From positions 32 through 64,031 of the forward strand of contig NZ_JBMLSD010000409.1 of the NCBI RefSeq assembly GCF_049240685.1: a DNA stretch of 64,000 nt, read 5' to 3'. Below the pieces are notes generated by a model. The model did no database searches. It was not told the origin of the DNA and saw only the letters and a list, made by a program, of their open reading frames with translations. Source of the stretch: Flectobacillus sp. Its GTDB lineage: Bacteria; Bacteroidota; Bacteroidia; Cytophagales; Spirosomataceae. The position numbers were made by a program, and so were the translations under genes. This document shows, one piece after another, positions 8,977-18,194 of the stretch (positions are counted from its first letter, which is position 1; every line of letters begins with the position of its first letter).

Positions 8977-11900
8977 TCAATTTACATCAAATACCAAAGT
9001 ATATAATAGGTCTTGATTTAGCTTTTGCTGAATCAATAAATTGTCTATTCCACAAAGGGATGAAGAATTTGCATGTTTGTTATTTACAAACCAACCATGC
9101 TCAATACCAGCATCAGGTCTTATTGTAATCAAGGTCTTATGCTTGTTTCGAATCGACAAGAAACGATAGTGAGGAAGATGTTGGTCTAATTCAACATTGA
9201 CTGACTCAATACCACAATCCTTTGCTATTCTTTGAATAAAGAATTTACGGGAGTTTTCATCATTAAATTGCTCAGTAATATTTCCTTTGTTTTGTTCATA
9301 ATATGGAGCTTTCATTTGTTGCAATTGAACTGTCAACTCGGTTATCTCGAAATTTAATTTCTCTTTCATAGTATTTATAAATTGAACAAGCAACAAGCAT
9401 CCCAAGGGCTTCATAAGGTATCTGTCAGAATACGTAAGATGAACTTTTTCTCCTGCTAGAACTTGGGCAAGTTTATCTTGAACATCATCATTCAAACGTT
9501 CATGAAACATGTTGTAAAAATCTAACGAGTTAATATATTTACTAGGCGCTGGTATTTTTACTTCAAAAATGTTTCCAATCAAATCATCAAATTTTATATC
9601 ATAAATGGGAAGAGTCCACTGACTAAAAGCTTCCTGCTTGTATATATAATTGCTCCTCGAATTACCCCAGTCTGCATCTAATTGGGTATGGAAGTCGTTT
9701 GTAAAATAGTCATACAGTTGATTATTCACAAGCTTTACCCTTGCAATTTGCTGTAAGTTCCCAACACTGAAACTATCAATATAATTAAGTTGCGCCCATA
9801 CTCTTGTTTGAATAAGGGTAAGTTTATGCTCAAGAGATAATTGCATGGGATGACCACGAAAAACTAAATGAATAGAAATACCATTCAATTTCATACTATT
9901 TAGAAGTTGAAAATTATCAACATTCCAGTTATCTATGTTGTCATAGTCTACCAATAACCACACCTCTTGCATTTGTTTTTTACTCAGTAATCTTGCCCAA
10001 TCATTTATGATTGTCCCAATATTTTTTTTAGGTTGATTTGTTAATAACATTTCAACCTCGTAAGGTACCTTATTGTCAACAATACTAGACAACCATTCAA
10101 TAGCACTATGTCGATCTAATTTATCAATATAATACTGAGATTTACGGTCAATCAAGCATTTGGTACAAGCAGATTCACAATTACACCTTTTCAGAAAATC
10201 TAAAGCGTTATTACAAACATCCTCGAAATAGGTGGCAGACTGAGAAACATAGCCGGCACCTCCTTTGGCAGTATCAAAAAGAAAAATACTTGAATAACCA
10301 CGATATTTCTTTAGACCAAAATCAACTTCCTGATCTTCTATACCCAGAAATGTAGTAAGACTTTTCGAAATGGCTTGACCTAAGGAATATAGAGTGGCTT
10401 CATTATTGATAAGGTTCCCATTTGCATCCTTACACCTTATTTCAAAAAAATCAGTTTGGAAACGGCCAACCAATAAAACATTATTTCGAATAGCATATGG
10501 ATTATCATTTCCCTTACAAAGAGAATTATCTCTTTCGTTTTTCCCTCCCCTTAATCTTGTATGACCGTTCAATGAATTTTGATTTATATCCGCACGTCCA
10601 CATTCTAAACAAACAGAATATCCTTCGCCAGCTCCATAATTATAATAAAGTATTTCTGCATTTTCTTTACTATCCCTAAATTCAAAAACAGGATGAGTAT
10701 CATCACTCCAAGATTCAACACCAATTAGTAAAGGTTCAACATACTGAACATTTGAAAGTTCAGTAATCTCCCTTGTTTTATCTTCAAATAAGTCTACAGA
10801 GAAACCCGCAGGCTCGATTATTTCAGTGTATAAACTTTGAGAATTAAGTCCTTTTAGTGTGTCATTTTTACAGTCAGGGCACGTTCTTGAAATAGACTCG
10901 TTACTTACAATATGTTCAAAGCCACAGGCAGTACAGTGTTGTAATATTCGTTTTGTTGCCTCGCCGCCCCAGTTATTTTTTAATGAAATACCTGCAGATT
11001 TATAACTCCAACCATCAATTACTACCTTTGTACCAGGGGCATACTCTGAAAGTGCTCTAGTGATATGATAAGAAGGAAGTTGCTTGGGTTCATCAGCACT
11101 TCGCTTTAAATCCGTAATATTTATATTATTAAAATCAACTACTCCAGTTGGAATTCCTCCAGCAGGTAAAAACCCTTCTTCAGATAGATAGGATAATAGG
11201 TTTTTATGTAAAAATTGATTTTTCTGATAGTTAACAGCTTTGTATGCTGGAGAATCTTCGTTATATCCTTTAAGTTCTAAAAACTTCTTCAAAGAAGTAT
11301 CAAAATCGACCCTCTTTTGAAGAATAGTATTGACTAAAAATTCAAAGTTTGAATAAACTTTATTGATAATTGCCATTGTAGTATGATTACTCAAAGGGGT
11401 ATTCCTAATTATTTGTGCAATTGAATCTAACAATTCTACCGGAACACCTTCAAGTAGAAACTCCATCAATAATTGCGAAGCATTTGCTTGTTTTCCTGCT
11501 AAATTTATGAAGAAAAAACTTTCTATTGTTTCTTTAACATTAATGCCAGCTAGCTGATTTTGGATAAACTTTCCAAGCATAAAAGCATTAATATGGCGTT
11601 GTACTACTGCATTACTGCTAAAGGAAAGCATTGGAGGTGCTATCTTATGATTTAAGGCCCATTCAGGTTTAGCCATCACATTAGATCCTATTGGGTTTGC
11701 AGCACATATGGTGAAAGCAAGAGATTTATTTTCACCTCTTCTGCCTGCTCTTCCCGTTCTTTGTAAATAATTGGCTGGACTAGGTGGCACATTACTCATG
11801 ACAACAGCTGAAATACCGCCAATATCCACCCCCATTTCCATGGTGGTTGAACAGCTTAATATGTTTATTTTGCCGTCCTGAAATTTTGTTTCGAGGTCAT

Positions 11901-14900
11901 CTAATCTGGATTTTTGTTGCTGAGCTGAATGCTCTCCAGCTAAATACAATGGCTTAAAATTTATAATTCGTTCATGAAGGCTATTCCATAATCCTTTAGT
12001 TTTAAAAAATTTAACTTCGGAATTTGTATCAATCCATTGTAATGTAGGTTCTGTATTGTAATTGTTATCTTCATCCCTATTAAAAGGGTAATAAAACATT
12101 GGAAAATTGATAGAGTTTCCTACTTTGAACGCTCCAATATTTGATGCATTACCGTTAATCCAAGGTGAATAACCTCTAAAATTAGTATCAATAAGCCTTT
12201 TTTTGACCGGACACAGCCATAGCTTATCTGCTAATTCAAACGCAACTTTTTCTTCTAAATTTAGCTTATAGCCACCTTCGTTTCCATAAGCTGTTAAGAA
12301 ATTCCTCCTAATTGTTATCCACAATTGTTCGAGTAACGCATTAATTTGATCTTGAATTTCATTATCAATCGTATTTAGTTCATGATATCCAAGTCCAGCA
12401 CATATTAAAAGTACCAAACGGTTTGGCCTTACACGATTTCTATCGAATACTGGCCACTTAGAGACATTTGCAATTGGCGAATCACTCGGGTAAATAGCAA
12501 AACTTTTATGATTTGTTGAAGCCATTCCTCTCACACTAGGAGAAATAGAATAATAGAATTTATACCTAATTACATAATCTAGCGCAATTTTCACAAGACT
12601 TTTCCACTCATTGCTCTCAATTCCTAATCCAGATGCAATATCAGGAGTAGTCAAGTTATCTAAGTCGGGATAAATCACATTGACCATGCCTAAATTTTCC
12701 AAAGAGCGGTCTCTGGGTAACCTTCTGGCAAATTCATTGTAAAGGAGTGAATTTAAGTAATCTTTTCCCTGAGAAGATATATTACCGCCTATATTATGAT
12801 TGAATAAATTTGTAAATTCATTTTCACTACGCTCCAATATTTCCAGCATTTCCTTCCAAGTAATCCGACTTTGTTGTACACTCGGAGGTACCGAATTAAT
12901 TATAGCTTCATATTGCTCAATGTCAGCCTTTTTTTTATTAATAAGAATAGGGATTTTTATCGTCGGTAATTCTGCTTTTAATTTTTCTAATTCTTTGATA
13001 CAAGCAATTTTGTCCTCTTCATTTAATTGAGGAAATTGATTTTGTAACTCTATTCTTTCTTTACACAAAGAATGAAATACCTGCGATCTCAACCAGTAGG
13101 TTTCACTATCTATGTTAATGAGGGCTGATATTTTTGCCGTCCCTTGTCTGCTATCTGTAAAGGAAATGTATTTTTTCCCCTCCCAAAGCATTTCTTTACT
13201 AATTTGGTTTGCACTATTTGTTTGTTCAAGAATCAAATCTGACATCAGCCTATTTAGAAATGCTGCTGATAATCTAAAATGGAAAGGACGCTCAAGATTA
13301 CATCCACAATATGGACAACCTTCAGTATTAGGTACTTCAAAGAGAGGCCCTAAAGTATCAAAATTTAAGGTGCTATCAATATTGATTTTAACTGGTACAA
13401 GATTCTCAGAAATAAATGGTCTACCCTTTAACTGTTTGGCAAGAATAAATCTACTTGGTATAGGATTCATGCTTAAATTATCTTCATTATCCTCATCATT
13501 TTCATCATCTACCTGAAAAAAGTCATTACTTTGCTTAGAACTTTGTTTGACTACATTCCCCTCTTTTTCTCCTTCCATCATGTAGGTGCCACAAGTTTTA
13601 CAGGAAATTAATTCTAGCAATGGGTAACCACATTTGCACTGCTTTTTAGAAATAGTAGTAAGTGTGCCTATGATGTGTTCAGGGACATTTCGATGAATCG
13701 TGCAAGTAGGATTGGTACATGCATATATTCCACTTATATTTCTTGCAAAAAAATGTCCTCTGACTGGGAGAAAAGATTGACCATTATCAGAAATATCAGC
13801 TAAACTATCAATATATGCAAGCTGGTCAGAGCGATTAGGGAGCTTAGTAGTTTTTCCAATTACCTCTAAATTCAGACAAGTATTTTCGTATAGCTGCTTA
13901 CGTAAATTGAGGGCAATATCAGAATCCTCTATATCACTTTTATCCAGTAGGCTAGCGTCAAAACTTGGTAGTATTCTTTTCCCTTTAATAATTTCGATAT
14001 TCGATGTTTGAATACCACATAAATCAGCCATAAACTGCTTTAAGTAATCATCGTTTCCATCCCCAACTGTTGCCGAAGTTACTGCAAACCTTACAGTATT
14101 GATATCTACGTCAAAAGCATCGATAACTCTCCTAATCAGAAGAGCCATTTCTGTAGCTTTTGACCCCACTAAAGTATGAGCTTCATCTAACAAAATCCAC
14201 CTCAATTTTCCTTTTGAATTTTGAAGTAATTGGGTGTCCTTATCCCTAACCAGCATATATTCAAGCATAGTTGGATTTGTGAACAAGATTTGTGGGGTCT
14301 GTTCTCTTATGTTTTTCCTTGATATGATTTCAGGAAAAGCCTCATTTTGTTTTAGCTGCGGTACAGTTTCTGCAGTATTTCCATTGTACACGGCATATTT
14401 AATATTTCCTAATGCCTTACACCATGCATGCATACGCTTTTTTTGACTACCAATCAAAGCATTTAATGGATAAAGAAATATAGCATTAACACCTATCTCA
14501 TTTGGGCTATTGGTATAAATATCTTGTAAGACTGGTAACATAAAACATTCTGTTTTTCCAGAACCTGTACCAGTTGTAACTAAGATTGATTTCTTTTCAT
14601 CTATAGATGCTTTCCAACTACTTAACTGATGTAAATAAGGAAGCCTATCTGCTGAAAAACGATATTCTTCATTTTTTATGCTATCAAGTTTTTTGATAAA
14701 GTCAGGATTAAACATAAAACTCAATTGCCCAAACGTTTCTTGAGAAGGTTCCCAAGGGAACATATTTTGAAATACGGGCTTGGCTAATATTTTCTCATCC
14801 TCTTGGTTCAAAATATATTTAAGATAGGTCTGCATCTCGGCATCTCCTGTTGCCCAAAGCGATAGAACGGTATCGATAATTCTTTGTTCAGTACTAGTGT

Positions 14901-14922
14901 AAAATTTTCTAAAGTTCATCAT
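8977..14922 (-). CDS. druE: Giant SF2 DEAH-box helicase with DUF1998/MrfA-type zinc module and ~480-aa unknown C-terminal extension (DruE-like)
   Basis: 1981 aa. Walker A TGTGSGKT, motif II LLDEAH, motif III TSAT, and helicase-C MEMGVDIGG...QRTGRAGRRG. Cys clusters: CTNPTC..CKCGYP..CKTCG, CPYCGC, CTACG..CPDC, CLECG. DUF1998-type CNCESACTKCL...LDRHSA. Size and architecture fit Druantia DruE. Confidence 0.7.
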   Translation of the reverse strand: MMNFRKFYTSTEQRIIDTVLSLWATGDAEMQTYLKYILNQEDEKILAKPVFQNMFPWEPSQETFGQLSFMFNPDFIKKLDSIKNEEYRFSADRLPYLHQLSSWKASIDEKKSILVTTGTGSGKTECFMLPVLQDIYTNSPNEIGVNAIFLYPLNALIGSQKKRMHAWCKALGNIKYAVYNGNTAETVPQLKQNEAFPEIISRKNIREQTPQILFTNPTMLEYMLVRDKDTQLLQNSKGKLRWILLDEAHTLVGSKATEMALLIRRVIDAFDVDINTVRFAVTSATVGDGNDDYLKQFMADLCGIQTSNIEIIKGKRILPSFDASLLDKSDIEDSDIALNLRKQLYENTCLNLEVIGKTTKLPNRSDQLAYIDSLADISDNGQSFLPVRGHFFARNISGIYACTNPTCTIHRNVPEHIIGTLTTISKKQCKCGYPLLELISCKTCGTYMMEGEKEGNVVKQSSKQSNDFFQVDDENDEDNEDNLSMNPIPSRFILAKQLKGRPFISENLVPVKINIDSTLNFDTLGPLFEVPNTEGCPYCGCNLERPFHFRLSAAFLNRLMSDLILEQTNSANQISKEMLWEGKKYISFTDSRQGTAKISALINIDSETYWLRSQVFHSLCKERIELQNQFPQLNEEDKIACIKELEKLKAELPTIKIPILINKKKADIEQYEAIINSVPPSVQQSRITWKEMLEILERSENEFTNLFNHNIGGNISSQGKDYLNSLLYNEFARRLPRDRSLENLGMVNVIYPDLDNLTTPDIASGLGIESNEWKSLVKIALDYVIRYKFYYSISPSVRGMASTNHKSFAIYPSDSPIANVSKWPVFDRNRVRPNRLVLLICAGLGYHELNTIDNEIQDQINALLEQLWITIRRNFLTAYGNEGGYKLNLEEKVAFELADKLWLCPVKKRLIDTNFRGYSPWINGNASNIGAFKVGNSINFPMFYYPFNRDEDNNYNTEPTLQWIDTNSEVKFFKTKGLWNSLHERIINFKPLYLAGEHSAQQQKSRLDDLETKFQDGKINILSCSTTMEMGVDIGGISAVVMSNVPPSPANYLQRTGRAGRRGENKSLAFTICAANPIGSNVMAKPEWALNHKIAPPMLSFSSNAVVQRHINAFMLGKFIQNQLAGINVKETIESFFFINLAGKQANASQLLMEFLLEGVPVELLDSIAQIIRNTPLSNHTTMAIINKVYSNFEFLVNTILQKRVDFDTSLKKFLELKGYNEDSPAYKAVNYQKNQFLHKNLLSYLSEEGFLPAGGIPTGVVDFNNINITDLKRSADEPKQLPSYHITRALSEYAPGTKVVIDGWSYKSAGISLKNNWGGEATKRILQHCTACGFEHIVSNESISRTCPDCKNDTLKGLNSQSLYTEIIEPAGFSVDLFEDKTREITELSNVQYVEPLLIGVESWSDDTHPVFEFRDSKENAEILYYNYGAGEGYSVCLECGRADINQNSLNGHTRLRGGKNERDNSLCKGNDNPYAIRNNVLLVGRFQTDFFEIRCKDANGNLINNEATLYSLGQAISKSLTTFLGIEDQEVDFGLKKYRGYSSIFLFDTAKGGAGYVSQSATYFEDVCNNALDFLKRCNCESACTKCLIDRKSQYYIDKLDRHSAIEWLSSIVDNKVPYEVEMLLTNQPKKNIGTIINDWARLLSKKQMQEVWLLVDYDNIDNWNVDNFQLLNSMKLNGISIHLVFRGHPMQLSLEHKLTLIQTRVWAQLNYIDSFSVGNLQQIARVKLVNNQLYDYFTNDFHTQLDADWGNSRSNYIYKQEAFSQWTLPIYDIKFDDLIGNIFEVKIPAPSKYINSLDFYNMFHERLNDDVQDKLAQVLAGEKVHLTYSDRYLMKPLGCLLLVQFINTMKEKLNFEITELTVQLQQMKAPYYEQNKGNITEQFNDENSRKFFIQRIAKDCGIESVNVELDQHLPHYRFLSIRNKHKTLITIRPDAGIEHGWFVNNKHANSSSLCGIDNLLIQQKLNQDLLYTLVFDVN

Positions 14923-14937
14923 AAATAGGTTTTGTTT

Positions 14938-17900
14938 TTATAATATTCGATTGATAGTATAAGTAACTGCTAAATCATACCATTGATTATCAAGATTTTC
15001 ACAATAAATAATATTTCGTCTGATTTCATGATTATTCAGATGCCATAAATCAACGATTTTACCTCCATTAGGCAGTTCCGATTCATAAAGATTTAATTTT
15101 ACTAGAGCAATAGCTATAGGACACCTTGTCATTATTTTTAATTTTTTGTTATCAATAGGAATAATTGTTTTTCTGTTTTCGGGTATAAAAGGTCTCCAAT
15201 GCGGCAATTCATTTATCACTGATTCTCCTAGTCTTTGCCGCATACTATTCATGGAAGTATTTAAGTGAAATCCTTCTGGCATCTTCCAATCATTGTTGTT
15301 GAACATTAGAAATTTTCTATCAATAATTAGGCTTGATTTTTCAAGGATTAAACCGATAGCATCATTCCCATGATTATCAATTATACTATTAAAGTTTTTT
15401 TGAATCGATTCAAAAGAGCACCAATGAAATCTAAACCCTAACTCTTCTTCCATTTTCCCACAAGTGCGAATAAAATCTTCATTACTATGTGTATAGCAGA
15501 TCAGAAAGAAGAAAAGTTTAGCACAAATATCAGATGATGAACAAGCTGCTCTAATTATATCAAATGCAGAAAAAGGAAGATTAAACTGATTACAAATTTC
15601 AATATATCGATATAATTTTTGCCACTCCTGATCGTCTATCGAATCATCTGATAATTGACGGTAGAATTCAGTAATCCTAACTAACTTATTTTGATAAAGA
15701 ACTTCTGGTGCTGGTGGCGAAATTATATAATCCTGATTAATAGTTACATAGGTAGGGAGAATCTTACAATTGATATCTTTATTCGTATCAAAAACAATGA
15801 ACTCCTGATTACTAATGATTTCAGGAATATAAAAACTATCATTATCCCTGTCTAATTCAATAGAATTGATATCTTTAAGCTCGCAGTTCAAGGGCACTGC
15901 ATAGAGCAAGTAATTTGATTGAGGGGTATAATTAATATCTAAATCATCACTTTTTTTAAGATTAATAAGTAATTTTTTATCTTCCGATTGTCTCAAAGCC
16001 CCATCTTCATTTAGGTAAGAGAGACGAGTATTATATGCTTTAAACTGAATTCTTTTACCCTGCATTTCCATTACGACTATGTTACTAGATGCCATTGAGT
16101 CTGCTAATAGAAATAACTTTTGAATTATTGTATTAAAGTTTCTTAGTGGGATTAATCCAGATTGTAGCGTCTGACGAATAATCAGCTTTGGATACTGTTC
16201 ATTATAAAACTTAATGGTTTGATTTTCTCCACTTATGATTCGGTATCCATCTATGTTATTCAACAAAAAAATGTGGTTATTACCCACCACTTTATCCTCT
16301 TTATCAACTAACTCAATGCCCTTAGCTGGCAGTAGTATATCGAATAATAAATTTCCATATTTACTTTTTATATAGGCTTTGATGTATTTAGGTATTTGAT
16401 TTGTGTTAGTGATATTTACTACAATAGATTTATCCGTGTTAGAGATATTATAGCAGCTATTATTGTCAACTACTTCTAACATCAAATCATTATGATTAAA
16501 ATAGATTGCCGGTCTTAAAATATCAGAGCTGGAGAATCTCAATGTAGAGTCTCCAATATTGAATACTTTTTCGTACTCAGTAACTCCAGCGATACAAAAT
16601 TGCAGTTCTATAATTCCCACAGGAATCGAACCATTATATTCATGCCATACATACTCCCCCTTTCTTCGCCATTTTTTACTTATCTGATTATCACTTATTC
16701 TTTTTCCATCATCATTAAAAAAATAAATTTTAGGCAAAGCTTTCACAACTACCGTATTTGCTTTATGTAACCAATGGGGTCTCGTTTCTTGAATATACCA
16801 ATCAAAAGAGGTAGTATTTAGTTTGAAGTGAACAGACTCATTTTTACTAGTGATTAAGGTAGTAGCTTCTTGTATTTCAAAAAGATAAAATATTTTGTTT
16901 TCAATTATCAATTTCAGACTTTTCTCAGTACAATGACTAGGTTCAGAGGTCAAAACAAAGGCACTGTCCCCGTTATGATTTTTCTTGGATAGCATTATCC
17001 AACGATTTTCTTCAACTTGAACCCAAAGACTTGGAATGCTAGTATCTGGCAATACTTTTATCTGAGAAGAAATAAAATATTTTTTCCCAGAAGTATCTGC
17101 AAAATACAATTCTGGTAGGTGTTTGTTTCCGGGATTCCACAAAATGGGGGTCAAAGACGAATAATATTTTATAAAATCCCCCTTGATATCCTTTCGGTAA
17201 GTTGCCAATAAGGTTTCATCACAAAAGAAATTGTATGAAGCAGATAACTCATCATCGGAAATGAGGTTAATCATCTCAGCAAATAATGTGCTGTTTATTT
17301 TATCAGGTAAAACCGATTTTAATACAATATTGGCTTCCTCGGAAGACTTCAAATTCAATTCAAAAAATGTTTTTATTTTGGCTTGAGATTTTACTGCCTT
17401 TTCTATTTCCGTTTTGCGTTTTTTTAGGGTATCTACTAAATCTCTTTGTTGATTCAGCTCTAATAGGTCAAGTATTTCTCGACCTTCCTCTGTATCATCC
17501 CAAATGGCTCTCGAAATACTCAAGGCTGCTTCAAAAACAATTTCATTACGAGTAGACATTGGCAAATCCTTAATCACTTCATAATTATCTGCAATATCAC
17601 TGATAATAGCGGGTCTCTGTTCAATTACTTTCAATAAAAACTTACGGTATGCTGTTCCATATTTCAGCAAGTTTTTCAAAGGGATACCTCCTTGAAGTAA
17701 AAGTGTCCTAAAGTACAAGGTATTCTCTTTCTGAATCCATTTCCAGCCTAACTTTTTACCTCCTTCTTTTGCTTTTTGATATAAATCTTCTGCCGAAAAG
17801 CTTTGATCTGTAGAGTATAAGGAATTAAAAATCATATCCTTGGATGGCTTTCCTTCAACATAGGAAAATTTCCACCACAAGCCGAAGAGTATGGCACAAT

Positions 17901-18018
17901 CTCTTGAATCAATACTAGTTAATGAAGACTTTTCCCTAAAATATCTTTTAATACTTTCGAAAAAATCTTCATCAAAGTTTCTTAAACTTTTCCCTTCTAA
18001 ATTTGTATAGTAGTGCAT
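14938..18018 (-). CDS. 1026-aa protein of unknown function, upstream partner of the giant helicase (in the DruH position)
   Basis: Long uninterrupted ORF, 15 nt upstream of the helicase start on the same strand. No P-loop, nuclease, TM or signal motif is recognisable by eye. Confidence 0.55.
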   Translation of the reverse strand: MHYYTNLEGKSLRNFDEDFFESIKRYFREKSSLTSIDSRDCAILFGLWWKFSYVEGKPSKDMIFNSLYSTDQSFSAEDLYQKAKEGGKKLGWKWIQKENTLYFRTLLLQGGIPLKNLLKYGTAYRKFLLKVIEQRPAIISDIADNYEVIKDLPMSTRNEIVFEAALSISRAIWDDTEEGREILDLLELNQQRDLVDTLKKRKTEIEKAVKSQAKIKTFFELNLKSSEEANIVLKSVLPDKINSTLFAEMINLISDDELSASYNFFCDETLLATYRKDIKGDFIKYYSSLTPILWNPGNKHLPELYFADTSGKKYFISSQIKVLPDTSIPSLWVQVEENRWIMLSKKNHNGDSAFVLTSEPSHCTEKSLKLIIENKIFYLFEIQEATTLITSKNESVHFKLNTTSFDWYIQETRPHWLHKANTVVVKALPKIYFFNDDGKRISDNQISKKWRRKGEYVWHEYNGSIPVGIIELQFCIAGVTEYEKVFNIGDSTLRFSSSDILRPAIYFNHNDLMLEVVDNNSCYNISNTDKSIVVNITNTNQIPKYIKAYIKSKYGNLLFDILLPAKGIELVDKEDKVVGNNHIFLLNNIDGYRIISGENQTIKFYNEQYPKLIIRQTLQSGLIPLRNFNTIIQKLFLLADSMASSNIVVMEMQGKRIQFKAYNTRLSYLNEDGALRQSEDKKLLINLKKSDDLDINYTPQSNYLLYAVPLNCELKDINSIELDRDNDSFYIPEIISNQEFIVFDTNKDINCKILPTYVTINQDYIISPPAPEVLYQNKLVRITEFYRQLSDDSIDDQEWQKLYRYIEICNQFNLPFSAFDIIRAACSSSDICAKLFFFLICYTHSNEDFIRTCGKMEEELGFRFHWCSFESIQKNFNSIIDNHGNDAIGLILEKSSLIIDRKFLMFNNNDWKMPEGFHLNTSMNSMRQRLGESVINELPHWRPFIPENRKTIIPIDNKKLKIMTRCPIAIALVKLNLYESELPNGGKIVDLWHLNNHEIRRNIIYCENLDNQWYDLAVTYTINRIL

Positions 18019-18050
18019 ATCATGTAAGTATTAACTCTGTAAAACTATGT

Positions 18051-18081
18051 TTCAACTATGCAGTGGTGGTGCATAGTTGAA
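18051..18081 (-). terminator. Hairpin between the hsdR stop and the 1026-aa gene start
   Basis: TTCAACTATGC (18051-18061) pairs perfectly with GCATAGTTGAA (18071-18081), leaving a 9-nt loop. Confidence 0.5.
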
Positions 18082-18194
18082 ATTACTTTATAGGTATATT
18101 AAACTTACTTTGCACTAGTACTTACTCATAGTCGGACAAATCCAAGATTTTTAGTAGTCAATAAGCTAGTAAGTCTTCTTGCTAGTACCTATTT

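Noticed and set aside
10497-14446. Plus-strand ORFs of 60-134 aa inside the giant helicase gene (10497-10679, 12800-13030, 13112-13516, 14234-14446)
   Set aside because: They are antisense to a 1981-codon ORF with clear helicase motifs, and their products are low-complexity. These are shadow ORFs. The same reasoning applies to nested ORFs in hsdR, hsdM, susC, the sialidase, the MFS gene and others.
8977-18018. Alternative assignment of the helicase pair to DISARM (DrmA/DrmB) or Hachiman
   Set aside because: The helicase and DUF1998 modules are fused in one ~2000-aa protein. No PLD-domain gene or dedicated DISARM methylase lies in the operon, and Hachiman HamB helicases are about half this size. 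A Druantia III-like architecture fits better, though this is unverified without HMM searches.
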